Shown: positions 16,794-27,100, numbered from the stretch's first letter. The stretch is DNA of 28,972 nucleotides from a virus (IMGVR_UViG_3300048599_000559:1-28972); one strand, 5' to 3'. A program made the numbers and translations. The notes: generated by a model from the letters alone, not told the origin.

Positions 16794-18335
16794 ATGCCTA
16801 CAACTCTCGCCTTCAAGCCGTTGATCGATCTTCCCGAGTGGCGTCCGATTGCCAACGCAGGCGCCGCGTCCGCCGCTGGCACCCAGTTGGTCGCCGGCCT
16901 CCGGAACAACAGTGACCGCGGCGCTTACGTATACATGCTCGTCAACGCGACGACGTTGTGGGCATACGACGTGGAGGACGACGATTGGTTCCAGTTGGCC
17001 TCGCCCGGATTGACCGGCACGTTCGGCGCGGGTGCGGGAGCGGTGATGATGCCGTCGCAAGGACCGCGCGGCACGCTGGCAGCGGGCAACACCACAACCA
17101 GCGTCGTCTTGAGCACCGCACTTCCGGCCGCCGTTGCGCCGAACCAGCTGGCGAACAAGGGCAACTCGAACGGTTTCAAGATCCGCATCATCGGCAACAG
17201 CGCGGGTGGCTCGGGCAAGGTCGAGGAACGGTACATCATCGGCAACACCGGCGGCACGACTCCGATACTTTATCTGGACTCCGGGCTCTCGTTCACGCCG
17301 GCAAACGGGGACGGGTACGAGATCCTGTCCGGACGCCTGTTCCTGTTGAGCGCGGGGACGCTGGCTGCTGGTTGCTGGAAGTATTACGACATCGCCACCA
17401 ACTCGTTCTCCGGCAACCTTGCCACCACGAACCTGCCCGCCACGTTGAGCACCGATTCCTCGTTCCTCGGCCTCGATGAATCGTATGTCCCGTACGACAC
17501 CGATCCTGGCAAGGGATTCTTCGATGTGTTGACGGCCACGGCCTCCTCCTCGACCAGCATCACGGGCGCCGCGGCGGGAGCGGATGCTGGCGTGCTTGCC
17601 AACGAGTACCGCAACTTCCAGATCCGGATCGTCGAGGACACCACCAGCCCGACCGCTGTGGGCCAGCGCAGGAACATCACCGCCCACACGGCCGGCGCGT
17701 CTCCGGTGTACACGGTTCCGGCGTGGACGGTAACGCCTTCGGCCAGCGCGAAGTTCGTGATCGAGTTGAACGGCGACCGCATCCTGTACTGGGGATCAGG
17801 CAGCAGCAGTACCTTCACCTACAGCATCGGCGGGAACACGTGGGACACCACAACGTTCGCGGCGCGGTCCGCGGCGCACGCTGCTGGATCGATCGCGTGC
17901 CCATCGTTCTTCCTCCGTCCAGACGCTGCCAAGCAGGCGCGGCATAGCTACGTCTACGTCTTCCGTGGCAGCGCGGGCGCGGTGATGGACCTGTTCGACA
18001 TCGCGGGCGCCGCGACCGGGGCGTGGACCGCAGCCATCGTGTACGGCGGGTCCGGGATGACGTTCACGACCGGGACGACATGCACTCCCGATCCGTACAC
18101 CAGCGGTGGCCGGTTCACGTTCATCAACCCGAGTGGCGGGCAGCGATGCCTGAAGTGGGACTCGAAGAACCGCACGCTCTCGCCCGCGTTCTACCTCCGC
18201 TATCCGATGGGCACGGCGGCGGTGGGACAGCGCATGGCAACCGCGATGTTCGTGGACGGCACGACGAAGCTCGTCTTCCTGATGCTCCAGCGCATGGCCG
18301 GTGCGGAGTGCTTCGAGATGGCGGTCCAGAAGTAG
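16794..18335 (+). CDS. Putative receptor-binding protein, Kelch-like beta-propeller with two inserted beta domains (513 aa)
   Basis: Repeated Y-D/S-x4-W/F blade ends (YDVEDDDW, YDIATNSF, YSIGGNTW, FDIAGAATGAW); Gly/Thr/Ala-rich. Confidence 0.6.
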   Translation: MPTTLAFKPLIDLPEWRPIANAGAASAAGTQLVAGLRNNSDRGAYVYMLVNATTLWAYDVEDDDWFQLASPGLTGTFGAGAGAVMMPSQGPRGTLAAGNTTTSVVLSTALPAAVAPNQLANKGNSNGFKIRIIGNSAGGSGKVEERYIIGNTGGTTPILYLDSGLSFTPANGDGYEILSGRLFLLSAGTLAAGCWKYYDIATNSFSGNLATTNLPATLSTDSSFLGLDESYVPYDTDPGKGFFDVLTATASSSTSITGAAAGADAGVLANEYRNFQIRIVEDTTSPTAVGQRRNITAHTAGASPVYTVPAWTVTPSASAKFVIELNGDRILYWGSGSSSTFTYSIGGNTWDTTTFAARSAAHAAGSIACPSFFLRPDAAKQARHSYVYVFRGSAGAVMDLFDIAGAATGAWTAAIVYGGSGMTFTTGTTCTPDPYTSGGRFTFINPSGGQRCLKWDSKNRTLSPAFYLRYPMGTAAVGQRMATAMFVDGTTKLVFLMLQRMAGAECFEMAVQK

Positions 18336-18339
18336 TTTC

Positions 18340-18789
18340 ATGTCGCTGCTCCTGCTCCTTCGCCCGGGCAGGACCATCGAGGCACTCACCGGAATCGCCA
18401 CGGGATCCGGCTCGGCAACCGCGCGCCTGACGGCCGTTAGGAGTCTCCGTGGCACCGCCGCAGGATTGGCGGCGGTTCGCGCACAGTTCGCCCGTGTGCG
18501 CCCGCTCGCTGGCGCCGCCACCGGGACGTCCACACTCCTCGGCCGCGCGTCGTGCGCGCAAACGCTGGCTGGAGTAGCGACCGGCTGGGCCCGCGTGGTC
18601 GGGGTGATGCTGTCGTCGGTCGGCACACCCGCCAACCGGATCTTCCGCGTCCGCCCGGAGGCGCGCACCCTGCGCGCTGGCATCGAGTCCCGCAACGTGT
18701 TCGTGCGCCCGGAGACGCGCGTCCTGGTCGTCCCCGCGGAGGGGCGGACTTATCAGACACAGCGGGAGAGCAGGAGCATTGACGCATGA
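18340..18789 (+). CDS. Putative fibre-associated structural protein (149 aa)
   Basis: Start reassigned to ATG 18340 (MSLLLLLRP). L.G.A.G repeats followed by 9-aa V.PE.R repeats; ATGA-coupled to the next gene. Confidence 0.6.
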   Translation: MSLLLLLRPGRTIEALTGIATGSGSATARLTAVRSLRGTAAGLAAVRAQFARVRPLAGAATGTSTLLGRASCAQTLAGVATGWARVVGVMLSSVGTPANRIFRVRPEARTLRAGIESRNVFVRPETRVLVVPAEGRTYQTQRESRSIDA

Positions 18790-19055
18790 CGTTCACCAAA
18801 GACCCTGATGCGGTGCTCGACTATTCCGTGGACTGGTCCGCATGGCTGGCTGGCGACCAGATTTCCTCGAGCGAGTGGTTGCTGGAGAACGGCGCAGCCA
18901 TCGAGAAGGTGAGCGACACGTTCACTCAGACCAAGGCGACCGTCTGGCTCCGTGGCGGCGACGCCGGCGCATCGTACCCCATCACCAACCGAATCGTCAC
19001 AGCGGGCGGCAGGACCGATGACCGGACCCTTTCAATTCGGGTCGAGAACCGTTGA
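18786..19055 (+). CDS. Fibre-tail adaptor-like protein (89 aa)
   Basis: FTKDPDAVLDYSVDW..WL.GD.I..S.W...VWL.GG..G..Y...N.I.T..GR.D.R motif. Confidence 0.78.
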   Translation: MTFTKDPDAVLDYSVDWSAWLAGDQISSSEWLLENGAAIEKVSDTFTQTKATVWLRGGDAGASYPITNRIVTAGGRTDDRTLSIRVENR

Positions 19056-19078
19056 TGACGCCGGGCAGGCAATGACCA

Positions 19079-22000
19079 ATGGCTGACAAGATCGGCAATA
19101 TCACGGTGCCGGAGATCGGCGCATCCGGCGTATTTCCTATCGTGCCGGAGTACCCGTACGGCCGCGCGAGCCACCCGGACGTGGCAGTCCACCAGTTTGG
19201 CTCGGGGAACGCCAAGATCGAGCAGCGGTTTCTGCTGGGCACCGGCTCGCGCCGGTTCACCGTGCGTCGGACGTGGATGAATGATGCCCAGCGGATTGCG
19301 CTCCGGAACTTCTGGGAATCGAAGTACGGGCCATACGGGGCATTCACCTACAACGCGCCGAACGATGACGGGAACGGCACCACTGCGTTCACGTGCCGCT
19401 TCGCCAACGAACCACTCTCCTGGCAAATGGCAGCGGATTGGGCGTGCTCGGTCGGTGTGACGCTCATTGAGATTCCGTCCTTCGCGCCAAGCTACACCCT
19501 CAACTCGACCGTGACCCGGTTCCCCTCACAGGTGCTCAAGGATGCTCTACTCTCGCAGGTCCAGCAGGTCATCCCACTTATCAAGATCGTCCCGCTTCAG
19601 GCCGCGTATTCGGCGATCTGCCTTTCCGATCGCCGCTGCACCATCGGCGGGCAACTCTATCAGGCGCGGCTGATCGACTTCGATGGCATCTCGCAAGGGA
19701 TGGGCAGCGAATCGGACGACGCTTCGTTTGTGTTCGGCAACGCGGATCGTGTCATGCGCGACCTCGCCAACGATGTTGACCTTTACCGGGCGTCGATCGC
19801 ATTCTCTCTATTCCACGTCGACACCGGGATCAAGCTCGACCTGTGGAAGGGCGACATCGTCAACTGGTCGCTCGATGCTGGTCCGGAGTTCAAGGTCATG
19901 GCCTCCGATGGCCTCTACGAGTTGAACCTGCCCTACCCGACGCGCAAGATCTCCCGGACGTGCTGGAAGTTGTTCAACGCTCAGGCATGTCCGTACTCGC
20001 AGCACGGCGCCCTCGATCCGGTCCACTTTCCTGACGCCGCCGCCAACTCGTGCGACAAGAACTACGACACGCCGAACGGCTGTCTCGCGCACGGGATGAA
20101 GCGCTACTACGGCGGCATCGTCGCGGAACCGCAAGGCGTCCGGATCAAGGACAATTCCACGGGCGTGTGGGGGTTCGGGCGGTCCACTCTGACCAGCACG
20201 TCCATTGTCGCCGACTCGATCTACGACCAGGTGCTGCCCGAGGTCTACACGGACACGGAGATGCCGGTCAATTGCAAGATCGCGGCGGGCCGGGACGAGA
20301 GCGACTTCTACGAGGCGTTGGGGATCGTCGGCGAAGGCCCGCTGGTTGCATACACGCCGACCCACTACGAGGACAAGGATGGCGACGGCAATGCGGAGAC
20401 GCTTGTGGGCCACACGCTGGACGGCCAGGCGCACCATGGCTATCCCAAGAACGACTATGGCCTGCGGCTGGTGCTCGGCAACGATCCCGCCGGAGATACC
20501 GACTTCTTTTCGCTCGACCAATCCGGCAACCAGTCCGGTGGTGACTTTCGGAAGGTGTACTCCGGCAACTCGACGTTCAAGGACAACTTCGCCGCGGGTA
20601 CCTCGTTCGTCGTGATCCGGCGGTCGGACTCCAAGGGCCTGCAACTCTCCAAACCAGGCGACCACGCGATGATCGCCACGGTCGCGCAGGGGATGCGCGG
20701 CTGGGTGTGGACGAGCCCTGGCGTGCGCGCGTACGGGCCGGCGTTGACGAATCCGGTCTGGATCGCGGTCAACATGCTGATGCGGGCGCGTGGCCTTCGT
20801 CTGGGCGCGAACGCGACCTCCCAGCAACTCGACGCAGCGGAAACGCTCTTCGATGTGCAAGCAGCTATCGAGGCCGCATCCATCTGCGACGATCAAGTCA
20901 CCAAGTTGGTTGGCACCGGCAGTGAAACGCAGTTCGTCTTCCGCGGCACCTTGCAGGAGGAAAAGCCCCTGCGGGACTGGCTCCAGGAAGTGCTCATGAA
21001 CTGCCTCGGCTACTACACGTTCGCGTTCGGCAAACTGCGCATCGGCATTCGCGAGAACAGCGGCGCGGTCGAGGCGTTTACGGACGGCAATATCCTGTTC
21101 CGCAGCCTGCAATTGGCTCCGCTGAAGCCCACGTTCAACCACCTCACGGCCAACTTCGCAGACCAGGACTTCGCGTTCGTCACCAACAGCGTGTCGGTAT
21201 ACGACGTCGACCACGCTGCGCTGATCGGCGGCGCCGGTCCGATGTACCTGAAGTCAAGCGTCAACTTGTGCGGCACCTCCACCAAGAGCCAAGCCGCGCG
21301 GATCATCAGCACCAGGCTGCGTGAGGAGTTGGGCGGCACAAGCTCTGCGGAATGGAAGGCGGCGCGGCAGATCGGGTTCAAGACGACGGTGCTCGCACTC
21401 AACACCGAACCGGGCATGGTCTGCTCGATGACGCACGCGGACATGCCAGGCGGCGCGGGCGAGTTCCGCGTCGTTTCCTGGAGGCTCAACAAGGACTTCT
21501 CCATCGACGTGCAGGGCCGCACGACCACCGACAGCATGTACGACCTGGTCGCCGAGCCGAAGCCGGCCGACGTGGAACCGAACCCGGTGCCGGAGGAGAT
21601 CCTGTACGACACTGGCGCGCCCGGACTCGTGAGCGGCACGCCGAAGCTCGCGGATTACGGCACCTTCGCCCTGGACGATATCCAGGTGGAACCCGATGCG
21701 GCGGGCAATATGAACATCGTTTCGGCGCATGAGCTCACCCTGTCTTTGTACTACGTGGACGAGCTGGCGACGGACCTGTGGGCGAGCATCGACGTGGCCA
21801 TCGACAAAGATGCCGACCCGCTGGCAGTGGCCAGCACGGTCAACCCCGCCACGTCGCGCGTGTTCCGGGTGGGCGATTTCGTGATCTTCAACGACGAGCA
21901 CCAAAACCCAGACGTCGGGTACCTTCGGGGTTACGAGTGCATGCAGATCGTCGGCCCGGGCAACGTCGGCGATGTGGTGCCGACCGGTGAGTTCCAGTTG

Positions 22001-22939
22001 GCGCGGAAGTGGGACGACGACGCGCGCCCCGGCATGGCCTGCTTCGAAACGTTGAAGTGCGCGCACCCGCAGGGCATGCGCTTCTTCAAGATCGACTACA
22101 AGACGTTCACGTACTCGGTGCAGAAGGGCTTCTTCCGGACGCCAGGCCTCCCCGCGCGTGTCGAGGCGATGCTTCCCTCAGCGTGTATCGTCGCGGCGGT
22201 TGTCGGCGTGGCCAACCACTTCGGCTACGGCGAGATGAGGACGTTCGGGCTATACCACCACAGCGAACCGTTCGCGCCGGGCGCCCGGACCTGCAACGGC
22301 GGGGCGTACTCGTTCCAGATCCCTGGGCCCCTGGCGGTCGCGGATACCGTGGTGATCCCGATGCGCGTCCACGACAGCACGTCCATCCGGTGCATCTTCG
22401 CGTATGTCCAGACGCCCACCACGGATGGCCAAAGCGCGTTCCTGGTGAAGTACTCCAAGGACGACGGCGCGACGTGGCAGCCGCTGGAGTACATGGGGAT
22501 CGCGCAGAGCCTTCCGGACGGCGCGAAGAACACTTACGATTCTTTGGTGCAAAACGACGGGTACGGCAAGCCCGCAACGCGCCGCCTTCCTTACAACGAC
22601 TTCGGTATCGTCCTCTACCAGGCCGTGACCGCCGGCCCGAATCCCCAGACCGTGCAGACTGCCTCATACGGCGCGAACCGACTCGGCTTCGACGTGGGCG
22701 AGTTCGTCCATATCAATCTGGGCAAGGCGGACGAGGAGTATGTGCAGGTCCTGGCCGCAGATCCGGAGAACCAGACATTCACGGCGGTGTTCACGAAGGA
22801 GCACGCCATGGGCGCCACGGTGCGACCGACGATATGGCCGACAGGAATTCTCAACGAGGGCGACAGTCTTGCGTTCGATATCTTGGCGGTCGCTAGTCCG
22901 GACCCGGGTACTGATCTAACCGTCGTCGTCCAAACGTGA
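19079..22939 (+). CDS. Multidomain tail tip/hub protein: Dit-like + gpL-like (Cys4) + gpJ-like (1286 aa)
   Basis: N-terminus resembles the 15568 gene product; C295-x8-C304...C325-x9-C335; NPVWIAVNML and FNHLTANFAD...SQAARI...LNTEPGMV hub motifs. Confidence 0.8.
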   Translation: MADKIGNITVPEIGASGVFPIVPEYPYGRASHPDVAVHQFGSGNAKIEQRFLLGTGSRRFTVRRTWMNDAQRIALRNFWESKYGPYGAFTYNAPNDDGNGTTAFTCRFANEPLSWQMAADWACSVGVTLIEIPSFAPSYTLNSTVTRFPSQVLKDALLSQVQQVIPLIKIVPLQAAYSAICLSDRRCTIGGQLYQARLIDFDGISQGMGSESDDASFVFGNADRVMRDLANDVDLYRASIAFSLFHVDTGIKLDLWKGDIVNWSLDAGPEFKVMASDGLYELNLPYPTRKISRTCWKLFNAQACPYSQHGALDPVHFPDAAANSCDKNYDTPNGCLAHGMKRYYGGIVAEPQGVRIKDNSTGVWGFGRSTLTSTSIVADSIYDQVLPEVYTDTEMPVNCKIAAGRDESDFYEALGIVGEGPLVAYTPTHYEDKDGDGNAETLVGHTLDGQAHHGYPKNDYGLRLVLGNDPAGDTDFFSLDQSGNQSGGDFRKVYSGNSTFKDNFAAGTSFVVIRRSDSKGLQLSKPGDHAMIATVAQGMRGWVWTSPGVRAYGPALTNPVWIAVNMLMRARGLRLGANATSQQLDAAETLFDVQAAIEAASICDDQVTKLVGTGSETQFVFRGTLQEEKPLRDWLQEVLMNCLGYYTFAFGKLRIGIRENSGAVEAFTDGNILFRSLQLAPLKPTFNHLTANFADQDFAFVTNSVSVYDVDHAALIGGAGPMYLKSSVNLCGTSTKSQAARIISTRLREELGGTSSAEWKAARQIGFKTTVLALNTEPGMVCSMTHADMPGGAGEFRVVSWRLNKDFSIDVQGRTTTDSMYDLVAEPKPADVEPNPVPEEILYDTGAPGLVSGTPKLADYGTFALDDIQVEPDAAGNMNIVSAHELTLSLYYVDELATDLWASIDVAIDKDADPLAVASTVNPATSRVFRVGDFVIFNDEHQNPDVGYLRGYECMQIVGPGNVGDVVPTGEFQLARKWDDDARPGMACFETLKCAHPQGMRFFKIDYKTFTYSVQKGFFRTPGLPARVEAMLPSACIVAAVVGVANHFGYGEMRTFGLYHHSEPFAPGARTCNGGAYSFQIPGPLAVADTVVIPMRVHDSTSIRCIFAYVQTPTTDGQSAFLVKYSKDDGATWQPLEYMGIAQSLPDGAKNTYDSLVQNDGYGKPATRRLPYNDFGIVLYQAVTAGPNPQTVQTASYGANRLGFDVGEFVHINLGKADEEYVQVLAADPENQTFTAVFTKEHAMGATVRPTIWPTGILNEGDSLAFDILAVASPDPGTDLTVVVQT

Positions 22940-22955
22940 GGCTATCCAAACGTGA
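22929..22955 (+). repeat. 11-bp direct repeat TCCAAACGTGA
   Basis: Copies at 22929-22939 (including the hub gene stop codon) and 22945-22955. Confidence 0.85.
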
Positions 22956-23034
22956 ATCGCTGCTCTTTTTCCAAATGCGACTGGGCGTCGGACAATGGAA
23001 CTCCGCAGCCATCTGGGGGCTAGACCATCAACCC

Positions 23035-23964
23035 TCAAAATGGGTTTCGGTGTTCTGCTTCCTTTGAGCGGTTTTCCCACGCGTCCGGGGGAGGCGTGCC
23101 GGGGTTGAACCAGATGGGCAGGGTGTCCGGTGTAAGCGAGACAAACTGCTCGTCGCTGAACGCCACAGTACGGCGATTGAATTCATTTACATGGGCTTCC
23201 GTGAGCCGCATGTAGCCTTGTGCTTTCGGGTTGTGCGTCACTATCGCCAATACTCTTGGCGAAATCGGCATGGTTATTTCGATATCTTTCATGGCCAAAC
23301 CCGGATTCCGGAAGAACGGGGGGCGTTTGTATGCCTCGGGATCGAACCAGACGCATGGATTATCAGATGTGACAAAGAAAGCACCTTGGGGAGCCTCTAG
23401 GAATGCCGTCGGCATCTTCCACATAATGGGTGCCGCTGCCGCGAGCGCGCTTTCCACGATGAGAGGCCGTGAGTTTCTAACGAGGTATTCCGTATCGGCG
23501 GAATTGATCGGAGCGCCCTGACCCGGCATTATCGATCTTGGCAGCTTGTCCGCATCGCCTCTCTTGATGACCTCCTCCATGTCTTTCACAAGCGAATCCA
23601 GCTGCGACATCGCCTCTCTCATTCCCTCTGCTGCTGGATCGGTTCTGCTGTGCATGGTTGCCATGAAGGCTGCGAGGTAAGCCCGGTCATATGCGTCCAG
23701 AATTTTATGTTCCACTATCTTTTGCTGGACCCGGACGAATCTCGCTTCAAGCTGCGAGAGCGTCGTCTCGACCCGTAGGTCGCTCTTCCCATCGTTGAAC
23801 GTTATCGTGTACGCATCTGTTTTTGTCAGGCTTTTGTGCGGCGCACGTCTCACCTTCTTCGTTCCGTCGCGCGAGATGAGCCAAACGTATGGCTCGTGCC
23901 CTTTGGGCGTCGACGGGTCGCACCACGCTTTGAGGTAGCACTTAGAGACGATGTGTTGCTTCAT
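23035..23964 (-). CDS. DUF4238 domain protein; moron, candidate anti-phage gene
   Basis: QHIVSKCYLKAW N-terminus, ETTLSQLE, FVTSDNP and PISPR motifs; lower GC; antisense to the tail operon. Confidence 0.88.
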   Translation of the reverse strand: MKQHIVSKCYLKAWCDPSTPKGHEPYVWLISRDGTKKVRRAPHKSLTKTDAYTITFNDGKSDLRVETTLSQLEARFVRVQQKIVEHKILDAYDRAYLAAFMATMHSRTDPAAEGMREAMSQLDSLVKDMEEVIKRGDADKLPRSIMPGQGAPINSADTEYLVRNSRPLIVESALAAAAPIMWKMPTAFLEAPQGAFFVTSDNPCVWFDPEAYKRPPFFRNPGLAMKDIEITMPISPRVLAIVTHNPKAQGYMRLTEAHVNEFNRRTVAFSDEQFVSLTPDTLPIWFNPGTPPPDAWENRSKEAEHRNPF

Positions 23965-24167
23965 AAATGGAAACCGCTCAATTTGTCGCGCTCAGGCAGC
24001 CCATGCAGGCAAGCCGGAACGGCTGACGGTCCATATTGGCTGCGCTCCCCAGCATTTTCGCGCATTTTCTTCTGGTAGGCCATCACCTTCGCATAGACCT
24101 CATCCAGCCGGCCCGATGTGGACAACGGCATGGATGAACCCGACCCGACCGTCAAGGGCCGATTCCT

Positions 24168-27100
24168 TTGGCACCTGAGACCCTTCGCATTTTCGACCCG
24201 CGCCGCAACTTCCAGCTTCAGGGCTTCACCGGGCGCGCCGCCACGACCACGCTTCACGATGCAACCGCGACAGGTGTGGCCATCTCCGGCATCTTTCAGG
24301 CCGCCGAGGATTTTGCGGTCCTGGGCCTCTACAACGCCTATGACTACTTCAATCACCTCCGTCTGAAGCACCTGCCGCGGACCAACCTCTCCGGCCTCAG
24401 TTTGGCGTTTGATATCGAGTACGACCACGATCTCGACGGTGCCATGCGCCTCGATGCCGCCAAGTACCCGTCCGTATCCTGGGACGCCATGACGTTCATC
24501 TGCGGCGCGGGGACGCCGCAGGATACGTACGAGGTCCGGTTGCTCGACCATGCCACGGCCATCGGCGGCGGTGAGACCCCCGCCAGGTGCTCCATGGAAG
24601 TTTCCGGCCAGGAGATCCTCGACGGCGGGATCGATTGGCTCCATCTGTTCTTCCGCGACACGCGCTACACGGTCACGAGCACCGATTGCCGCGTCCAGAC
24701 GCAGGCGTGGATGCCCGTTGGCCCGAACATCGATCCTGAGACCGGCGTTCAGTCCTACACGCACATCTGGGTCCTCGACCAGTCGGGGTTTGCGCTGGGA
24801 GACTCGATCACCATCGAACGCGGCGGGACAAACGAAGAAACGACCTCGGTCATCGAAACCGGCGTTGACCGGGTCTCTGGGCCATATCTGTTGGCTTGGG
24901 TCACGACCTCGCACACATCGGACGCGTACATCACGCGCGAGACACACGCCTATCACGTGGCGCAAAGGCTCGCCGAGATCATTAATGCCTCGGGCGATAC
25001 CGTCGCGGGCCGTTTCGGACCGGATCAATCCGGCGTGATCCGTGCGACGGCCGGCGGCGGCAGCACCTACCAGTCCGGAACCCTGTACCTGGAGTTCCAG
25101 ACCAACACCGCCGACGGCTCCCTCTATGGGAAACTCGGCAACCTGGATCGCGTCCTGATAACCCACGGGCGCACGATCGACGGGGATCCAAACGCGAACC
25201 AAGGATTCGCCTGGGCCAGCGGCTCCGGCACAACGTGCCGCTTTGGTGGTGGTGATAACGACACGCGCTACCGCATCGAACTGCCATTCGGCGCGCTTAC
25301 GGACAAACTGGGCAGACGGGTGCCGACCGAGAACTGCCGCAAGATCTACATGGTCTTCGCGCCCCGGTTCGAGCGCACGGAGGAGGAGCTTGAGGACGGG
25401 TGCTTCCTGACCAACGGCGTGGGCGCATCGGACACCGCTTGGAGCGTGGACGAGACGTCATCGCTTTCGGGCGGGCGGTACTTCGTGGGAGATGCCACGA
25501 CGGAGGAGCGCGTCCTGCTCGGGCAGGCTCTCCCCGGTCAGATCAAGGTCACGCGTGGGTACGAAGGCACAACGCCGCACGCGTGGCCGGCGGGCACGCG
25601 CATGAGCAAGCTCTCGCCCAAGAGCGGCTTCTCCTCTGATGTGGAGTGGCGCGCGACCATCTCGAACATCGCGGTGAGCGGCGACGCCAGCCTCAAAGTG
25701 GGCGGCGCGGCAGTGAGGATCGAAGAATCCGACGTGCGATGCAAATACACCGGCTATTGGGAGGACTACAGATACGGCGCCGGATGGCCCTCGCAATGGT
25801 GGAGCGGCGGCCATGCGCGGCGAACCGCGCCCGCGAGCGCGGGCGATCTCCGCAGGGTCAGCCTCAGCTATTCGCAGACGGAACAGCACGATCTCTACCT
25901 CGGTACTTTCCTGAATACGGACTGCGGCTGGATCAGCGTCTTCCTCGACGGCGTGGAAGTGCCCGGTTCTCCGTTCGACCTGTACCTGTACGAGTACGGC
26001 GGCACCACGGCCAACATCGAGATCGCCGCGAGCGTCGAGGCCGGCAGCCACACGGTCGAGATCACCGCTCTTTACCGGACCACGAACGGCGGCTATTACT
26101 TCTATTTCGATTACCTGTGGCCTCTGGTGCCGCAGGACATTCCGAACGCGCCCGCGATCTATCCGGACGTGTCGCTCGCCATCGACTTCGACACGGACCA
26201 CGGCTACAAGAAGCCCCCGGCGTGGCACGTCTGGCAACTCCAGAAGCTCGGCTTCAAAGGCCATGCCGACGTGTACATGGGCGTCTTCTGGAACAACAAG
26301 CGGCAGCGAATTGGCGCGACTTATCCCAACGCCACGATCACATTCGCCGGCGATCCGGCGCCCGGCGACGTCGTCTCGTTTTCGATTGGCGGCACCACGA
26401 TCGCGCACGCGATCGGCTACGGCGAAACGCTCCAGGGAGTCGTGTCGCATTTCCGCGCCGCCATCAACGGCATGTTCGCGGGCGTTTGGGCCGATGACGG
26501 ATTCGGCACAAGCACGACACTACGGATTCAATCGAAGGCTCCACGCTACGTGTTCACTGGCCTCGCCGTAAGTGCACCAAACTCCGTGACGCTAACGCTT
26601 TCCGATCACATGGGCTCGGCGGGCACTGAGGGCGGCTGGGAGATCCTAGATTCCGCTTCGCCCGTGATGACGGAAGGCGCGCGGCGGTGGATTAAGGATC
26701 TCGCCAGCCAGTTCCTGGCGGCCGGCATCAAGGCGTCGTTCGCCTTCTCGATGGAGGTGTACAATCCGCCGACCGCGATGCGCGCCAGGTATCTCCGGCT
26801 CAGTGGCGGCATGGTCACGCCTGGTGAGGACGTGTTCCTCGATGTCCCCTCGTACCAGATGCACTTCGGGACACGCGTCCGGAACTATCTGCGCCAGATG
26901 TACAAGGAATGCGCAGACCAGATCGAGGCTGCGGGCCTACCGGTCGTGCTTCAGTTTGGCGAGACGCAGTATTGGTATTTCGACAATCGCACCCAAGATC
27001 CGCAGGGCGGCATGCCGTTCTACGACCAAGAAACCATCGACGCTTTCGTGGCGACGAAAGGCCATCAGATTTGGCCGTTCGTCTCCAATACCGATGATCC

